From Eledone cirrhosa (taxonomy: Eukaryota), in assembly GCA_964016885.1 (NCBI GenBank), contig OZ024750.1:7130001-7194000 (forward strand): a DNA stretch of 64,000 nucleotides, in the 5' to 3' direction. Position numbers and translations under genes: made by a program. Positions 13,948 through 61,707 of this stretch are shown here, piece by piece (the stretch's first letter is position 1; each line of letters opens with the position of its first letter). The notes under the pieces were generated by a model. It worked only from the letters and a program-made list of their open reading frames with translations. It had not been told where the DNA came from and did no database searches.

Positions 13948-14549
13948 ATATATACTATATATATATAATATATATACTATATATATATATATATATGTAA
14001 TATATGTATATATATATAATATATATAAAATACATATATATATATATGTAATATATGTATATATATATAATATATATAAAATACATATAAATATATATGT
14101 AATATATGTATATATATATAATATATATACTATATATATATATAGAGAGAGCTAAAACACACAAAGACAAATCCATTCATCCATGCTCACATAATCATAT
14201 ACACATACATATCTCTACATCTGTGTGTTATTTATTTAGTCATGGTATTTTCTATGAAATAATCCATTAAGGAACAGAAAAATGGTTTAAAATATTTAAA
14301 AAAAAAATGTTTTCCCTGTTGTTGAAGTTTAATGAAATTTGTTCACATAATTTCTTTCTTTACATGAAGGCAAGAGTCATAATGTGTAGTAGCTATCATA
14401 CACAAGATGCCACATTTAGGTGATTTGCTTTCAATGAAACACAGTAATGAAACACATGTTATGGGCCATTAAAAAAAAGGAAGAAAGATAAATTTTCTTT
14501 TCTTAAATGTTTGTTTAGAAAACTGAGTAAAACAAAGTACAGTCATAGC

Positions 14550-17800
<3,251 letters not shown>

Positions 17801-18920
17801 CACCATATATATTATTTTTTATAGGTGTTCTTTAACGAGAATATTTACAATGACTGTAGAAATTGAGAAATTGTTATGGTTGTTTGTGTCATTTTTTGTT
17901 GCTGACTTTTGATGGTCATTTCATTATTTCATTATTATTTTTTTTTTCAATTGCCATAGTTTTTGCTTTTCACTTGAAATCATCTGGTTTTATTTCGTCT
18001 TTCTCCTTCAAATCTTTCATCTAACTGGAGGCTGATGATCACAGAACAGAGTAATGTTTTAGAAAAATAACAATAACAAGCCTTGGCATTTTCTCTCGCT
18101 CACTCACTCACTCATACATATATATACACACACAAACACATACACACATACATACAGGCATACACACATACACACACTCAGTTTAGATGTGTGTAAAAAC
18201 AAGTTCACTGAATAACAAAAACAGAAAAATAGGGAAGTCTTGCTCAGAAATGTCAAGTGCCTCATAGGAGTATTTTCCATTTTGTTCTTTTTTCTTTTAT
18301 ATTTAAACTTTGTAAAAAAAAAAAAAAAAAAGGTGTGGGGAAGGAAGGAGAGGGTGGAGGAGAATAGGGTGAAAAGAAAAGCATTTTCTGGTTGGTAGGT
18401 GTTGGTGGTGGTTGCATGAAGGAAGGCCGAAGGGGATGGAGGAGAGGAAAGGGGGAAGAGAGGAAAGGGGGGGGTCACACTTATTTTTCAAAGATCAAAT
18501 TTATTTAAAACAGTATTTTTCAGATTGTGTGAATGTGAGGGAATGAGTTGGGGGTGGGGTGGGGGGGGGGGGGGGGGGGGGAGGAGGAGGAGGCGGAGAT
18601 GTGGTAGAAATGGTAGAGAGATAGAGTGAGAGCGAGAGAAATAGGGAGAGAGAAACAAATGGTAAAACATCCATATGTCCTTCAATTTCATCTTTAAATG
18701 TGTTTTTGTTTCATCACTTCTCCCGCTCCTCACCTCATCTTGTTTTCTCCCCCCCCCTCACTTTATTATACACGCTTTTGTTTTGGTGGTGGTGGTGGTG
18801 GTGGTGGTGGTGGTGGTGGTTTGTGTTGTATCGGGGTGGTGGGTGAAGGTATAGTTGCTGAACCACTCATTAAAGAAAATAATAATTGTTAAAGATTACA
18901 CAAAATATTATTTATAGCGT

Positions 18921-48123
<29,203 letters not shown>

Positions 48124-48484
48124 CTGATAACAAAACAAACCAGAAACAAAAAAATATATAAACCAAATACAAAAAACAAAAAACAAACAGCAAAAGAAAA
48201 AAAAACTGGCTAAAAACAAGAAATTATATATAACAATTAAAATAGACATTGTTTATATTATATTAATCTGAACTGAAGAGTTTATAGATCCTTGTTGATA
48301 TGTATAATATTGAAACAATACTATTGATTATCCAAAGACCAGAATACCAAAGTTCCTGTCAAAATGAGTTAAATTCTCCTCTTTATATAGCATCCAAAAT
48401 GATAAGACTCTCTTCCTGCTATTTCAAGCATTAACCTAATATATTCCTTCCATATACTGTACCAGTTGTGTTGTTATTTCTGTT

Positions 48485-48545
<61 letters not shown>

Positions 48546-48649
48546 GTTACAACAGTATACAGGTACTTAAGTTTTGTTGAGTTTACTCCAACTCATTCAG
48601 CCTGTCATGAAAAGAAAAATGGTTTCTCCCATGGAGATTTTAGAAAGCA

Positions 48650-49430
<781 letters not shown>

Positions 49431-49958
49431 CGTGTATATGTAGCTGATTCTCAGACTGTTCTGAAACACTGAGGAGATAAGACTAATATAAAGAGTGTTG
49501 AGCTTATAAAATAGGATGAAGACAGTCAAAGAATAAAAGACAAAAGAAAGTGCTGTGATGGACTGGCATCCTGTCCAGGGAAGAGTCTTGTATTCTCAGT
49601 TGCTTCTCACTTCATGTCATGAAACCAGGATAAGCACCAGCCTAATGAGACTCCTGGCTTGATACAGACTTTAATCCTATGATGGATTGGTATTCTGTCC
49701 AGGGGGAAGTCTTGTACTCTCAGTTGTTTCACGCCATGAAACCTGGATAAGCACCGGCCTAATGAGACTCCTGACTTGAGACAGGCTTTAGACTTTAGAT
49801 CTGAATCTCATGAATACACAAGTCTCCCAACAAACATATATTTAAGTTTATGTATATTATCTTATCAGAATTATACCATCTTATATTAAATTTCCAGGAA
49901 ATCAATCAATCAATCAAAACAAATTTAACCTACCTTCAAGGATCTTTTTTATTATATA

Positions 49959-49994
<36 letters not shown>

Positions 49995-52900
49995 ATAGGG
50001 AGAAAGAGACGATTATGAGGAAGAAAAAAATATTTTTTTTCCTCTTTTTTGTCTCTCTCTCTCTTTTTTCTGGGTTAGAAAATGATTAAAACGAAATGTT
50101 TTACTTTGTGTGAAGTGTTAAGGTATTAGTTGATTTATTTATTATTTAACAACGGCATTTATTTATCTATTTATATATTTACTTTATCATACTATCTACC
50201 TGATGAAATCTCTTCCCTAAACCATAATATGTTATCTACAGATATATCAGATATATTGAATCAATGAAATTGTTACAGAAACATCTGTTACTGCAACCAT
50301 GGCTGCCATGGTTATCAGGGTTATTGGATGGTGTCTCCATTGAAGTAAATAACTTGCTTTAAGACATCATATAGAAGTCTAATAATAAAAAGTAAAAAAA
50401 GAAATAAAAAGAATAATAATAAAAATCTATGAAAAACATTTTTTTATATTAAAGAATTCTCGAAAATATTTATTTGAAAGAATAGAAGAATTTATTTCTC
50501 AGTAAATACTTAAAAAATTGCATTTAAAAAAAAATAGTGAAGAGTTATGTACCATACTTAGTTTTACTATTTTGAATTTTATATTTTTAGGTACATTTTT
50601 GAATGATAAATACATCAGTGATATAAAAAATTAATTAGAAAACGTTTATATTATATTCAAGACTGGATCATAATTTTATATATATTAGTTAAGGAAATTA
50701 TAGCAAAATATAATTTCAAAAATTTTGAGTTAAAGCATAAAACCAAGTAGGGTTTAAAAAAAGGATTTTGGATAGTGTCATTTCAATTCTTTAATGGATG
50801 CTCAAATCTAGTAGTAAGGCCATGAAACTGGGAAATAATTTAAAACTAAATGCACTGTTAATCAAGCCATTTGAAGAGGCATATATGAAAACAAAATCTC
50901 AAATAAAAATCTCAAATAAAAATATCAAATAATTCTAAGATCTTCATTTTCAGACCTGAAAACAAAAACCTGGGAAAAGGAATCTTCATCTGAAAGGAAA
51001 AGGTTATATTACACAAAATTAATGAGTGCAACAAAAAGGTGTATTTACTCACCACCTTTATTACAAAAGATATATATATATATATTCACTATCTATATTG
51101 CAAAAGATATATATATATATTCACTACCTATATTGCAAAAGGTGTATTTACTTATAATTTATATTGCAACTATATTCACTACCTATATTCATCATCTGTA
51201 TTGCAAGAAGTGTATTTATCCATGGCCTTCACTGCAAAAGTAAAACTACTGTGATTTATTGCAGTCTTGAATTTTAAAATAGTTTCAAAAGAAACAGAAA
51301 AATCAGCCAGATTTAAACAATTTTCAAAACAAGTAGAATTATTTGTTTGAGAAAACCTTTGGAGAATAAATTATGTAAAGACATATCATCATCATCATCA
51401 TCATCACCATCATTTAACATCCACTTTACATGCTAGCATGGGTTAGCTAAGTGTTGATATATACTAAATATTTCATTAAATAGATTATATTGATTACTTT
51501 AGAAATAATAAATGGTTTCTGATTCAGGCACGAGGCCAATTTCTGTGAAGGAGGAGGAAGTCGATTAAATCTACCCCAGTACATTACTGGTACTTCATCT
51601 TATTGATCCTGTAAGGATAAAAGACAAAGCTAACCTCCGTGGGATTTGAAATCAAAGCATAAAGGGCTGTAACTCTATGTCGTGAAGAAGAAATAAAAGG
51701 AAAAAAAAAATGATTCATATCAAATATTGAAAAATTGAAAAATTTATTTAAAAACATTATTTACCAAAATAAACAATTTAAAAACTAATATTATTTATTG
51801 TGCCAGATTTACAACCCTTTACATTCTGAGAAACATATCTACTGGGGTCAGTATTATTAATTATATTAGAAAGTTCTTGCCACCCCAGCTTACCAATTAT
51901 AACACCAAATAAATAGTTCTTGAACTACACACATTACTTATAAATTATCATCATCATTAACAGTTTTTGTGCCTGCTTTTTCAGTTTTTTCCTCAATTGT
52001 TAGAACAAAAGTGATGCTCACAGACTTCCCAATTTTGTATATTTTAATTCCTGTATCCTTATTTATCCATATTTGTTCTAAAGGTAGACACACAGGAGTA
52101 GTTAGTAGAAAGATCCCTAATGTAATAAATTTTCTCTAATGCCAGAAAAGCTTCAACTGACTATAATTTCTAGAGTGTACTGAAACAGAATTTTCTAACT
52201 GGAATCCATAGATCTTACTCTAAACCTCTTTCACGTCTATGTCTCCACTTTACATTTATACTGTGACGTTAGCCTACACATTTCTTCTTTACATAAACCA
52301 AAGAAAGTTCACTAAATTTTACAAACTAAACAACTTCCCAGTATTATTTGATTATTTTAATTAATTTGTGAATTACAGTTACAGTTACTAAATATAATCA
52401 GTATTTTACTACTCAATATGTGTGTTTGAATAAACAAATTTAGGAGAAACAAAATGGTAACCAGAAAATATTTTTTGAAGTTGAGTATTTTAATTTTTAA
52501 TACTATTATTCTGAAAATAAAATTGAGTTAAAATAAATGCATAAATAAGCACAAATAATATAACATGAAATATTTGCTGAAAATTAGTAAAAAGTTCAAT
52601 TATTTGTAAAATCTTGCAGCTTTGTTTTATAAGCACCTTCAATTTAATATAAAGCATAGATACACCTTTTAATATGAAAAGTAAGTAAAGAATTTCTTTA
52701 AAAAAAATGGAAAAAAAACCCAACTAAATAAATAAAATATAGACTCCCCCTCTAGGAAATGTGCAAAAAAGTGATTAAATTAACTTAACACTGATAGAAA
52801 ATGTCAAAAGTGACAAAACAAACCATAACCACATACAAAAAAAAAGAAAAAAAATTATTAAAAAAATTATTTAAAAAACCCCAATTTTCCTCCTTTGTAG

Positions 52901-53628
52901 ATAAAGTTTGCTGAAGAGAAACCCCTGCTTATTTTGGAGAGATCCCAGGACTTAGTGACCAAAGAATATAAATGAAAATTCATTAAAAGAAAGGTAAATG
53001 TAATAAAATGGCAAACAGAAAAAAAAAAGAAGGCGAGGGTTAATTAATAGAAGTATGTAAAGTGTATGAAAAGAAAAGAAAGAAAGAAGACACATACAGA
53101 GGTAAAAGAGGAAGAGAGAAAAGGACAGAAAGAAAGAAAGAAACTTTCTCACAATATTTCTTTCCACAGGTCCAAATATTACTTGCTAAACATTACTTAA
53201 GTTTTTGTTTCTAGTAATTCGATTTTAATTTAAAAACGAAATTTCTTTTTGCTCTAGCATGGTGGACACCTAAACGAATTCGTAAGTGAATAATAATAAT
53301 ATTTTAATAATATTATTAATATTCGGTTCGTTTGCAAGCAAACAGCCTCATTTTAATTTGATTTCATTTTAAATATATACATAAATAACATTACAAATTG
53401 CTCACAATTCTTTGAGAATGAAAATATAAATATATATAACAAATACCATTAACTATTGCTAGGAACCTCACAAATAATAACACACCAAATTATAAGACCA
53501 GAAAGAAAGAAAAAAAGGTAAACAAAAATGACCATCAATTCATCACCAAGTGCAACAATTGGCTGCACATCACAATGGTCAATGGAATGTTTTGAGGCAA
53601 GTCAATATGCCGGCAGCAGATAGCCAGG

Positions 53629-53844
53629 TTAATCCTTTAGCATTTACATTACTTTATATTTACTATTGTATTTTCATGGTAAATACTTTATCTCACATAA
53701 TATCGAATCTATGAGATATTGATATTATATATTTTGAGAACAATACCTTAACTTAAGTATGAGCAGCCAGTTATGGCCAGTTTGAACAGAAAAAGGTGAG
53801 AAAATTATGGCCGGATACAGCTGGTTTAAATGCTAAAGGGTTAA
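53629..53844 (+). mobile_element. piggyBac-type MITE, complete
   Basis: TTAATCCTTTAGCATTTA...TAAATGCTAAAGGGTTAA. Confidence 0.88.
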
Positions 53845-55255
53845 GGTGCTGAAATAACCAAGCACCCTCATGGGCATCACCTGACACCTCAGTAAGGTGA
53901 GCCTTACTTAAGTTAGTTCTGATTTATAAAAATAATAAAATCTCAGATTTATCTTTTGATTTTCTCTTATAGCAGTCAATCAATCTTCATATAAATATAT
54001 TGTGGGAAGAATATTTTTAGAAAATGTTTCACATCCTCTTTTCAGAGATAACCTTTGTTTTTCAGAGTAACCCACCAACAGGCATTGTATGAATACTTGC
54101 TGTCAATTGTATGAAGAACAAAGTGAGAGGGTTAAAACTAGAGAAAATTCTTACATAAAGTGAGAAATGTAATAAAGATAACAATATGTCTAAACTATCG
54201 AGACAAACAGATTGTACTTAAGTAAATCTTTATATTTTCTGTCCTCTAAAGTAGTAACAAAAGATTAGATTTTTACCTTAAATCATTTCATATTCCTGAT
54301 ATTTCAGTCAAAAGGCTCTAATCATAAAGACAGGAGAAATAAACACATTTCTCCCTCTATTTTCACTTATGTACAGTTATATATATGTTTTTTTAATTTT
54401 TTATTGATGTTTAACAAAGTTAGAAAGCTTCAGAAAGATGAAAGGAAAAATGAAGGTTATTTATTACTAGTATTTATCATTTTGTCACAGAATACTTGGT
54501 ACCTATTCTCAACAACAGTTAATTAGATTGAGGGATGTTGAGTGAAATCTCCTGCTTCAGGAGATAAGAAAATAGCTGCAGTAATAGTAAACTTTTGTTA
54601 TAACAGCTAGCAGTTCATCCAACCATTTTATTAATAGTAATAATAATGTCTAACTGCTATGACACAAAGTTGATGAATTGACTTTCATTTGTCCTCTTAA
54701 GGTTCATGCTTTAGAATTTATGTTAACAGATTTCAAACATTATAAAATGTTGGTGTCCATTTTTGGAAAAAACAACAAAAACTTGAAAGATAATCAATTC
54801 TATGTGATCAATTCTATGTCAAAGATTGTAGCACAAGAACAATGTCTGCGCCTAAAAAGAATGGTAAAAATAACTTCAACTTCAACAACAATAAATTTAT
54901 TGATGTAAAGCTGAGAAGCAGTAAAAAAAAAAAAAAAAAAAAAGCAAAAACGAAACAAGAGAATCACTGTTGGTTGCTTTGAATGTATGGAAGCTGATAT
55001 GGGTCAGAATCTGAAATGATTTTACAACAAAAATAATTCAATATTTTGTTTTTCAGAGCTTTTATACTGTTAGTTAGTTTCTTTTTGTGTTGTTTAATAT
55101 CTTTGATGTAAGCAAGTAATGTTTGAAACAAACTGAAGTTGAAGTGGATATATAAAAATAAAAATAAATGTACACAACATAAACGTTGTCAGGTGAAAGA
55201 AAGAGGAGGAATATTGATATAAAAGGAACAAAACATGAAATATCTTATGGCTTAC

Positions 55256-55291
55256 TGAGAAGGATTAAGTTGCCAGAAAGATGGTAATTTC
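55256..55291 (-). CDS. slo: Slo1 candidate 36-nt cassette exon in the RCK1-RCK2 linker
   Basis: ctaat branch-like site plus tctttacatttcag|, donor TCA|gtaagc. Phase 2-2, KLPSFWQLNPS, in frame with exon 48123. Confidence 0.6.
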
Positions 55292-55735
55292 CTGAAATGT
55301 AAAGAATTAGCATTGTTACTTGTAATCTGTGTTGAAGAGCAGATACAGGTAAGAGAAGTGAACTCTTACATGAAGCATTAAAATATATTACTTAGTTTTT
55401 TCAACACAACAATATCCTAAAGAAATCTCAATTTAATGGAAGATTAATAAGGTTCATATATTTCATAACCATTACATTTATTTTTATTGAGCTGTCATTA
55501 TAGAACTGCTATTTAGCCTTTTTTCATTAATTATAATAATTTCTAATTTAGCCACAAGGCCAACGATTTGTTGGGAGGGGGAAAAGGAGAACGTTTATTA
55601 TATCAGCCCTAAATCCTAGCACCTGACTTGAACTTTATTTTAATATCCTTGGTAAGATGTAAGGTAGAGTTAACTTCAATAGTTAACATATGATCCAACA
55701 CATGTCCAATGTTCTACTACTGCTGACAATAATTA

Positions 55736-55950
55736 TGGTTTCAAATTTAGGCACAAGGCCAACAATTTTTTGGGAGGGTAAAGTCGATTAAATCAACACC
55801 AGTTTGTTACTGGTACTTTATTTTATCGATCCTGTAAGGATGAAAGGCAAAGTTAATCTCAGCGGAATTTGAACTCAGAACGTAAAGAGCCATAATTATA
55901 TGCCACAAAGTATGTTGTCTGATGCTCTACTGATTCTGCTAATCCACCAC
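55736..55950 (-). mobile_element. SINE family A, full length
   Basis: Head, core and tail as in the other copies. Confidence 0.85.
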
Positions 55951-56030
55951 CCTATAACAGTAATTAATGACAGCTCAATATTTCTAGCAAGAAATACAGT
56001 TTTGTATCAACAGTAAATTCTAAATGAACA

Positions 56031-56499
56031 TTAACCCTTTAGCATATAAACTGGTTGTATCAGCCAGAATTCTCTCGCCTCCTACTGTTCACACTGATGT
56101 TAAGGTATTGTTTTCAAAATAAATAATATCAAAATCTCATAGATTTGATATTATGTAAGATAATTTTGTGAGGTAAAGCCTTTAACGTGACAATATAATA
56201 GTAAAGATAATAGTATATATAGTGTAATGTAGGTTAGCTGGACATGCTCACCGACAACAAGAGTTGAGACTGCACTCAGTGCTCCTGTGGGAGCCCCTGC
56301 ATGAACACACTAGAAGAGGAAGACTGAGGTTAACATATGTTGATGCCCCAAGGACAGACACTGGTCTCTTGGAGACGCAGGACATGGCAGCGATAATGAG
56401 GGACAGAGACCGCTGGAGAGAACTCGTCCATGGATCTTGGGAATTTTACCCGCCCTAGAAAGATATAGATATAGTGTAATGTAAATGCTAAAAGGTTAA
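56031..56499 (-). mobile_element. piggyBac-type MITE (reverse) interrupted by a LINE insertion
   Basis: TTAACCCTTTAGCAT at 56031 and ATGCTAAAAGGTTAA ending at 56499. Confidence 0.85.
56232..56468 (+). mobile_element. 5'-truncated RTE-type LINE with 15-bp TSD
   Basis: RLAGHAHR...VLLWEP...RGRLRLTYVD...DTGL...MRDRDRWR ORF2 C-terminus. TSD atatagtgtaatgta at 56217-56231 and 56469-56483. Confidence 0.85.
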
Positions 56500-56676
56500 A
56501 ATATTTTAAACTGAAATATTAACACCAATACCCTCTCAGATACAACTGGATGTGGTTCAAAAGACTATTATATCATCCTATTGTTGGATTTAAATGAAAG
56601 GCCCTTTCTATTTTGGCTAGCTTGCAAGCTCACTTCCTTAAAAACTGAGAGAGCCCTCTATTGGGATTTTACTGCA

Positions 56677-56767
<91 letters not shown>

Positions 56768-57212
56768 TATATATATCCTTGTATTCATTTCCCACCTTTT
56801 AAAACAGAAATTAAATTAAAATAGACCATCACAATCATATGAAACATAGAGAGAGGCAGGATGTCAAAGTTTGAATGTTTGATGTCAGATTGGAGTGTTT
56901 ATAAAATAACTTGTCAACAGTACAGAAGACATTGTGATATTCTGGTTAGACGTGTTTTAGTTTTCTCATACCCTGGTCGGTAATATAAATATATACCTAA
57001 TTACATAAACATGAGCCATACCAATATATATATATATACATTTGTAAAAGTTAATATATAAAAAAATCAACAAATTTAGAAACATTGTATTCAATTTTCT
57101 CTTCATCTGAATATATTTAAATAAGTTTTGTTATATTGCCTTTTATGAATTTTTCAATAAAATATAAAATTTAGAGTAGTGAAAATTCAAAACTATATTC
57201 TTTGGAAGAAAT

Positions 57213-57260
<48 letters not shown>

Positions 57261-59374
57261 CTTGTGAAATCAAAACTTTTTAAAACATACCTTTCATTTT
57301 ACATACTGGATCAAATTTGTTTGAGTTATATTCAATAATCATTTTAACACTAAATGGAAAATGGATCCTTTCAAAAGATTTTGATTTATATATATGTAAA
57401 TCAAAATCTTATATATATATATATAGATATAATAAACGATATTAGGAAAAGTCTTGTGCAAAAGTTGATATCATGCTTAATAATTAGTAATAATAATAAT
57501 AATTTAAAAAACATAAAATAAAAAAATTGTGCATGTCAGTGAAGTAAACATTTCTGAAAATAATCACATTATTTTGGCATTCAAATAACCAAAACATTTC
57601 TTAATTTCATGCCTGTTGAGGCCAAAGACACAATATGCCAGTCTTGAACCAGAGTGTTAATAAATCAATTTGATTGATGCATTCATATGTGATGAATAAT
57701 TTATCTGTAATTATGCTTTGCTATTAAAATTGAACAAAATTCCATGCAATTTTAGTTTTGTATAAGGATTAAAATTTTTTGTACATATTTTTTTTTTCCT
57801 CTCTTCCATCATCTGCATATTGTTTTGGGCATATTTGTTCATGACATGAAACATATTTTCATATAAAACGAGATTACTTTGAAACACATGGCTTGCTAGA
57901 TTTGTTTTATATTTAATTTTGTTGATACTAATAATAAGATTGATGTAGAACAGGCTCATGAGAGCAGGAGAGATGTCTAAAAAATTTAAGAAATGTTTTT
58001 TGATGCAAAATGATTTCAAGTATTTTTAAGGATTTTCAAGAAACTTTATAGAAATTTAGCATATTTTTGTTTTACTCTTTAGGCAGGGAGGTAAAAACAA
58101 TGCACATGACCTTTTCAGGCTCTCCAAGACAGGCGGGGAAGAGGGAAGATATCTTAAAATGGGAGACCTGGTGGCTTGAAAGCTAGCAACAGAGTGGACT
58201 CTAATACAGACACCAAAGAGTTCTGGTGGTGCTGTTAAACCAGCTGATGGATTAAGCCTACCAGCCAAATAAGCTACAGCAAGATTTGAACTCAGGATAG
58301 AAAGAGCTGGAATAAATAGCTCAAGATATCTCATCTGATACCATAACAAATCAACTGATCCACTGTCATGACCAGTCTCTTATTTTATTGATCCTGAAAG
58401 AATGAACAACAAAGTTAATCTTGACAGAATTTGATCTCAATGAGGTGGAATTCGTCAGATCAAACCAAGGAAACAATGTTTTCATTAGTCTTTTCAATTG
58501 CCGATACTATCTACTGGTTGTAATTCCTGGCAGAAGAGCAACATGAAATAAAGCATCTTGCTCAAGGACATATCGCATCGTCTGGTCCAGGAATTGAACT
58601 GACAACCTCCTGATAGTGAATCAAATTCTAATCACTAAGTCATGCACCTTCACCAACTCCTGTTTAATGTGATATAATATTTCTCTGTGTAAGGCAAACA
58701 ATAATTTTCATACAAACCTTCCAGCTAGATAATAAACTTCAGCTATATAACATATTTTAAAGTATTTTCTATTGTAAATTTCCAAATCCAATACTCATAT
58801 TTACATGATGATGATAACGATGATGAAACATTTATAGATGTAACAAAACCTAAGTCTTGTAATTCTTAAGACATTAAGTACCAGAAATAAATTTGGTGAG
58901 TGAGAATGTTTTCAATTCTAAAATATAATGATTAGAATACAAGTGTTTTATATTCAATAAGGAACATAAGTGATGAGCACAATAAAGTTCCCAGCAAGCT
59001 GATTCTATAGCACAAGTTTGATTTACACTCTAACTACTTCATTTCATTTATGTTGCTAATGCTCTTATAAAAGATATGAATATCTCATATCATTTTCCCT
59101 TCTCTAAATCTGAGATTTTGTGCCACCATAAGAAATTTTAATGTCACTTTAGAAATCAACTCATGGTGGAAACTTATAATATAATCTGTTAATTATAATT
59201 TATGCTATTAATACTTAATGGAGACTTCCAAATTAAATTAAGACTTTTCCAGACACTTACATTCACACACAATATAAAATATATAAATATATAATTTTCA
59301 ATTTAAAATAAATATTAAAATAAATGATAAAGGTAATAAAAGTGATGTATTAAATTATTTTTAAGTAAAAACAT

Positions 59375-59515
59375 TTAATCCTTTCACATTTAAACTGACC
59401 ATATTCGGCCAGAATTCTCTCACCTTCTTCTGTTCAAACCGGCTGTAACTGGCTGCTCATACTTATGTTAAGGTATTATTCTCAAAATAAATAATATCAA
59501 AATCATGTAGATTTG
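59375..59515 (-). mobile_element. piggyBac-type MITE, partial, reverse orientation
   Basis: Homologous to 37100-37240. Confidence 0.75.
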
Positions 59516-60127
59516 ATGATGATGATGATGATGAAACATTTATAGATATATATGTGTGGGCATGTGTGCGTGGATGTGTTTGTGTGTGTGTGTGCATCCA
59601 TGTGCACCAGTATAGCATCCTTCACATCTCTATTTCACTCTTTGCATGTCACATCACTCAGTGTGTATACTCCTTCTTCAACCCATATGTTAATTCTAGT
59701 TAAAGACACAATGGTTTTAATTTGAATATTTTTGATTATAAAGCTTCTTGATCAAGGCTGACCTATTGCTAAGGAACAATCAAAGCCTACAACATTATAA
59801 GACACTAATATTACCATAGTCCCCTCACTACATTTAATCTTCATCTTAATCTTTCTCTGCAAATCATATATACCTCTTACTTTCTCTCAAACACATAGTT
59901 TTTGATTTCTGGCAATTATTTCTATATTTTTTTTATCAATATCTCCAGATCAACCATCAATATTTTCAGATCAACCAATAATATCTCCAAATCAGTGATC
60001 AATTTCTTCAGATTAACCATCAATATCTTCAGGTCAGTGATCAATTTCTCCAGATCAACCATGAATATTTCCAAATGAACCATTAAAAAAGAAAAGAATT
60101 TTGTTGGACCCAGAGTTTAAATATACA

Positions 60128-60540
60128 TGTTCACACCCATCATATATATATATATTTTGTACCCTATTCACACCCATCATATATATATTTTGTACCCTGT
60201 TCACACCAATCATATATATATTTTGTACCCTATTCACACCCATCATATATATTTTGTACCCTATTCACACCCATCATATATATTTTGTACCCTATTCACA
60301 CCCATCATATATATATTTTGTACCCTGTTCACACCCATCATATATATATTTTGTACCCTGTTCACACCCATCATTATATATTTTGTACCCTGTTCACACC
60401 CATCTTATATATTTTGTACCCTGTTCACACCCATCATATATATATTTTGTACCCTGTTCACACCCATCATTATATATTTTGTACTCTGTTCACACCCATC
60501 ATTATATATTTTGTACTCTGTTCACACCCATCATATATAA
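60128..60540. repeat. ~33-35 bp tandem repeat, ~12 copies
   Basis: Unit tatattttgtaccctgttcacacccatcata(ta)n. Confidence 0.95.
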
Positions 60541-61211
60541 TTTATACTACGTCTCCTCTCTTCATATATATTCTGCATACTTTATTGTAAGTACTCTCTT
60601 ACTGATCCTGTGAACAGGTGACCTCAGGATTTATAAATATATATGAATATGGAGAGAGAGCTAGAGAGAATTAGAGTGAGAGAGAGAGACAGTGAGAGAA
60701 AGTGAGAGGGAGAGAGAGGGGTAGTGAGTGAAAGAGAGAGGGAGAGAGAGGGTAGTGAGTGAAAGAGAGTGAGAATGAAAAGTTTCGTTAAATGAAGAAG
60801 TTTACTTTTACACTTGATTTTGTGAAAAAAAAGGAAGATAAATGAGGAATATTTTCATGTCTTTAATGTCTTTTGCACTTCCATAAAGCTAAATATCAAT
60901 TTCATAAATGTAATGTCATGCCATATATATTTAAGCTTGTGTTAAGAGGTGTACTTAATAAGTAATTATATAAAAGATAGTATTAAATGTGTGTACACTT
61001 ATATATTGTATGTATATGTATATACACATGTGTATGTGTGTGTCAATGTATGTGTGTGTCAGCATATGCATTCATGCATAGTTTAGTAGGCAAATAGAAG
61101 CAGTGCAATTGAATTAGTTTAGAACTCACAGAACTATATTTCCCAACAGGCCAACATTGGTACTTAGAAACTCTAAGAGCAATCTATCTGAGAACTTGCA
61201 GAATAAATCTT

Positions 61212-61247
<36 letters not shown>

Positions 61248-61707
61248 AAATTAGAGAGAAAGGAGTTAGTTTTACGTTGGAGGTAGGGTATAATGGTATA
61301 ATGGTATGGAATGGAATATTGGAATATGAGTGAAAATTCTTTAAGTAACAGCCTTCATTGTCAGGCTCCATTTATATAAAAAAGAAAATTAAAAAGAAAC
61401 ATATAGGAAAAGAAAGAAGAATAGCAAAAATCTTCAAAGCATGTATATCTTAAACACTATTGTCCAAGGCCAGATGCTAATCTGCCGACAGCAATATTCA
61501 GAGAGCAAATATATCATTACAGGCTGAAAGAATGGATTTCAAGAGGAGGAAGAAGACAAAAAAAAAAAGTTTGAAAAATAAATAAATTCACACACACACA
61601 CACACAAAGTGAAAGTAAATTGGTGGGTGTGGTTTGGATACAAAAAAAAAAAAAGAATTAAAAAGAGGTGGAAGATGCAGCATAAACATTAAGCTGAAAT
61701 TAATTAC

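Noticed and set aside
53190-53270. acceptor-like site with GC-richer sequence in the linker intron
   Set aside because: Stops in all three frames before the nearest donors.
54800-54851. acceptor followed by RRHCSC..., reminiscent of the cysteine-rich STREX exon
   Set aside because: In-frame stop with no donor before it, and the similarity is only a few residues.
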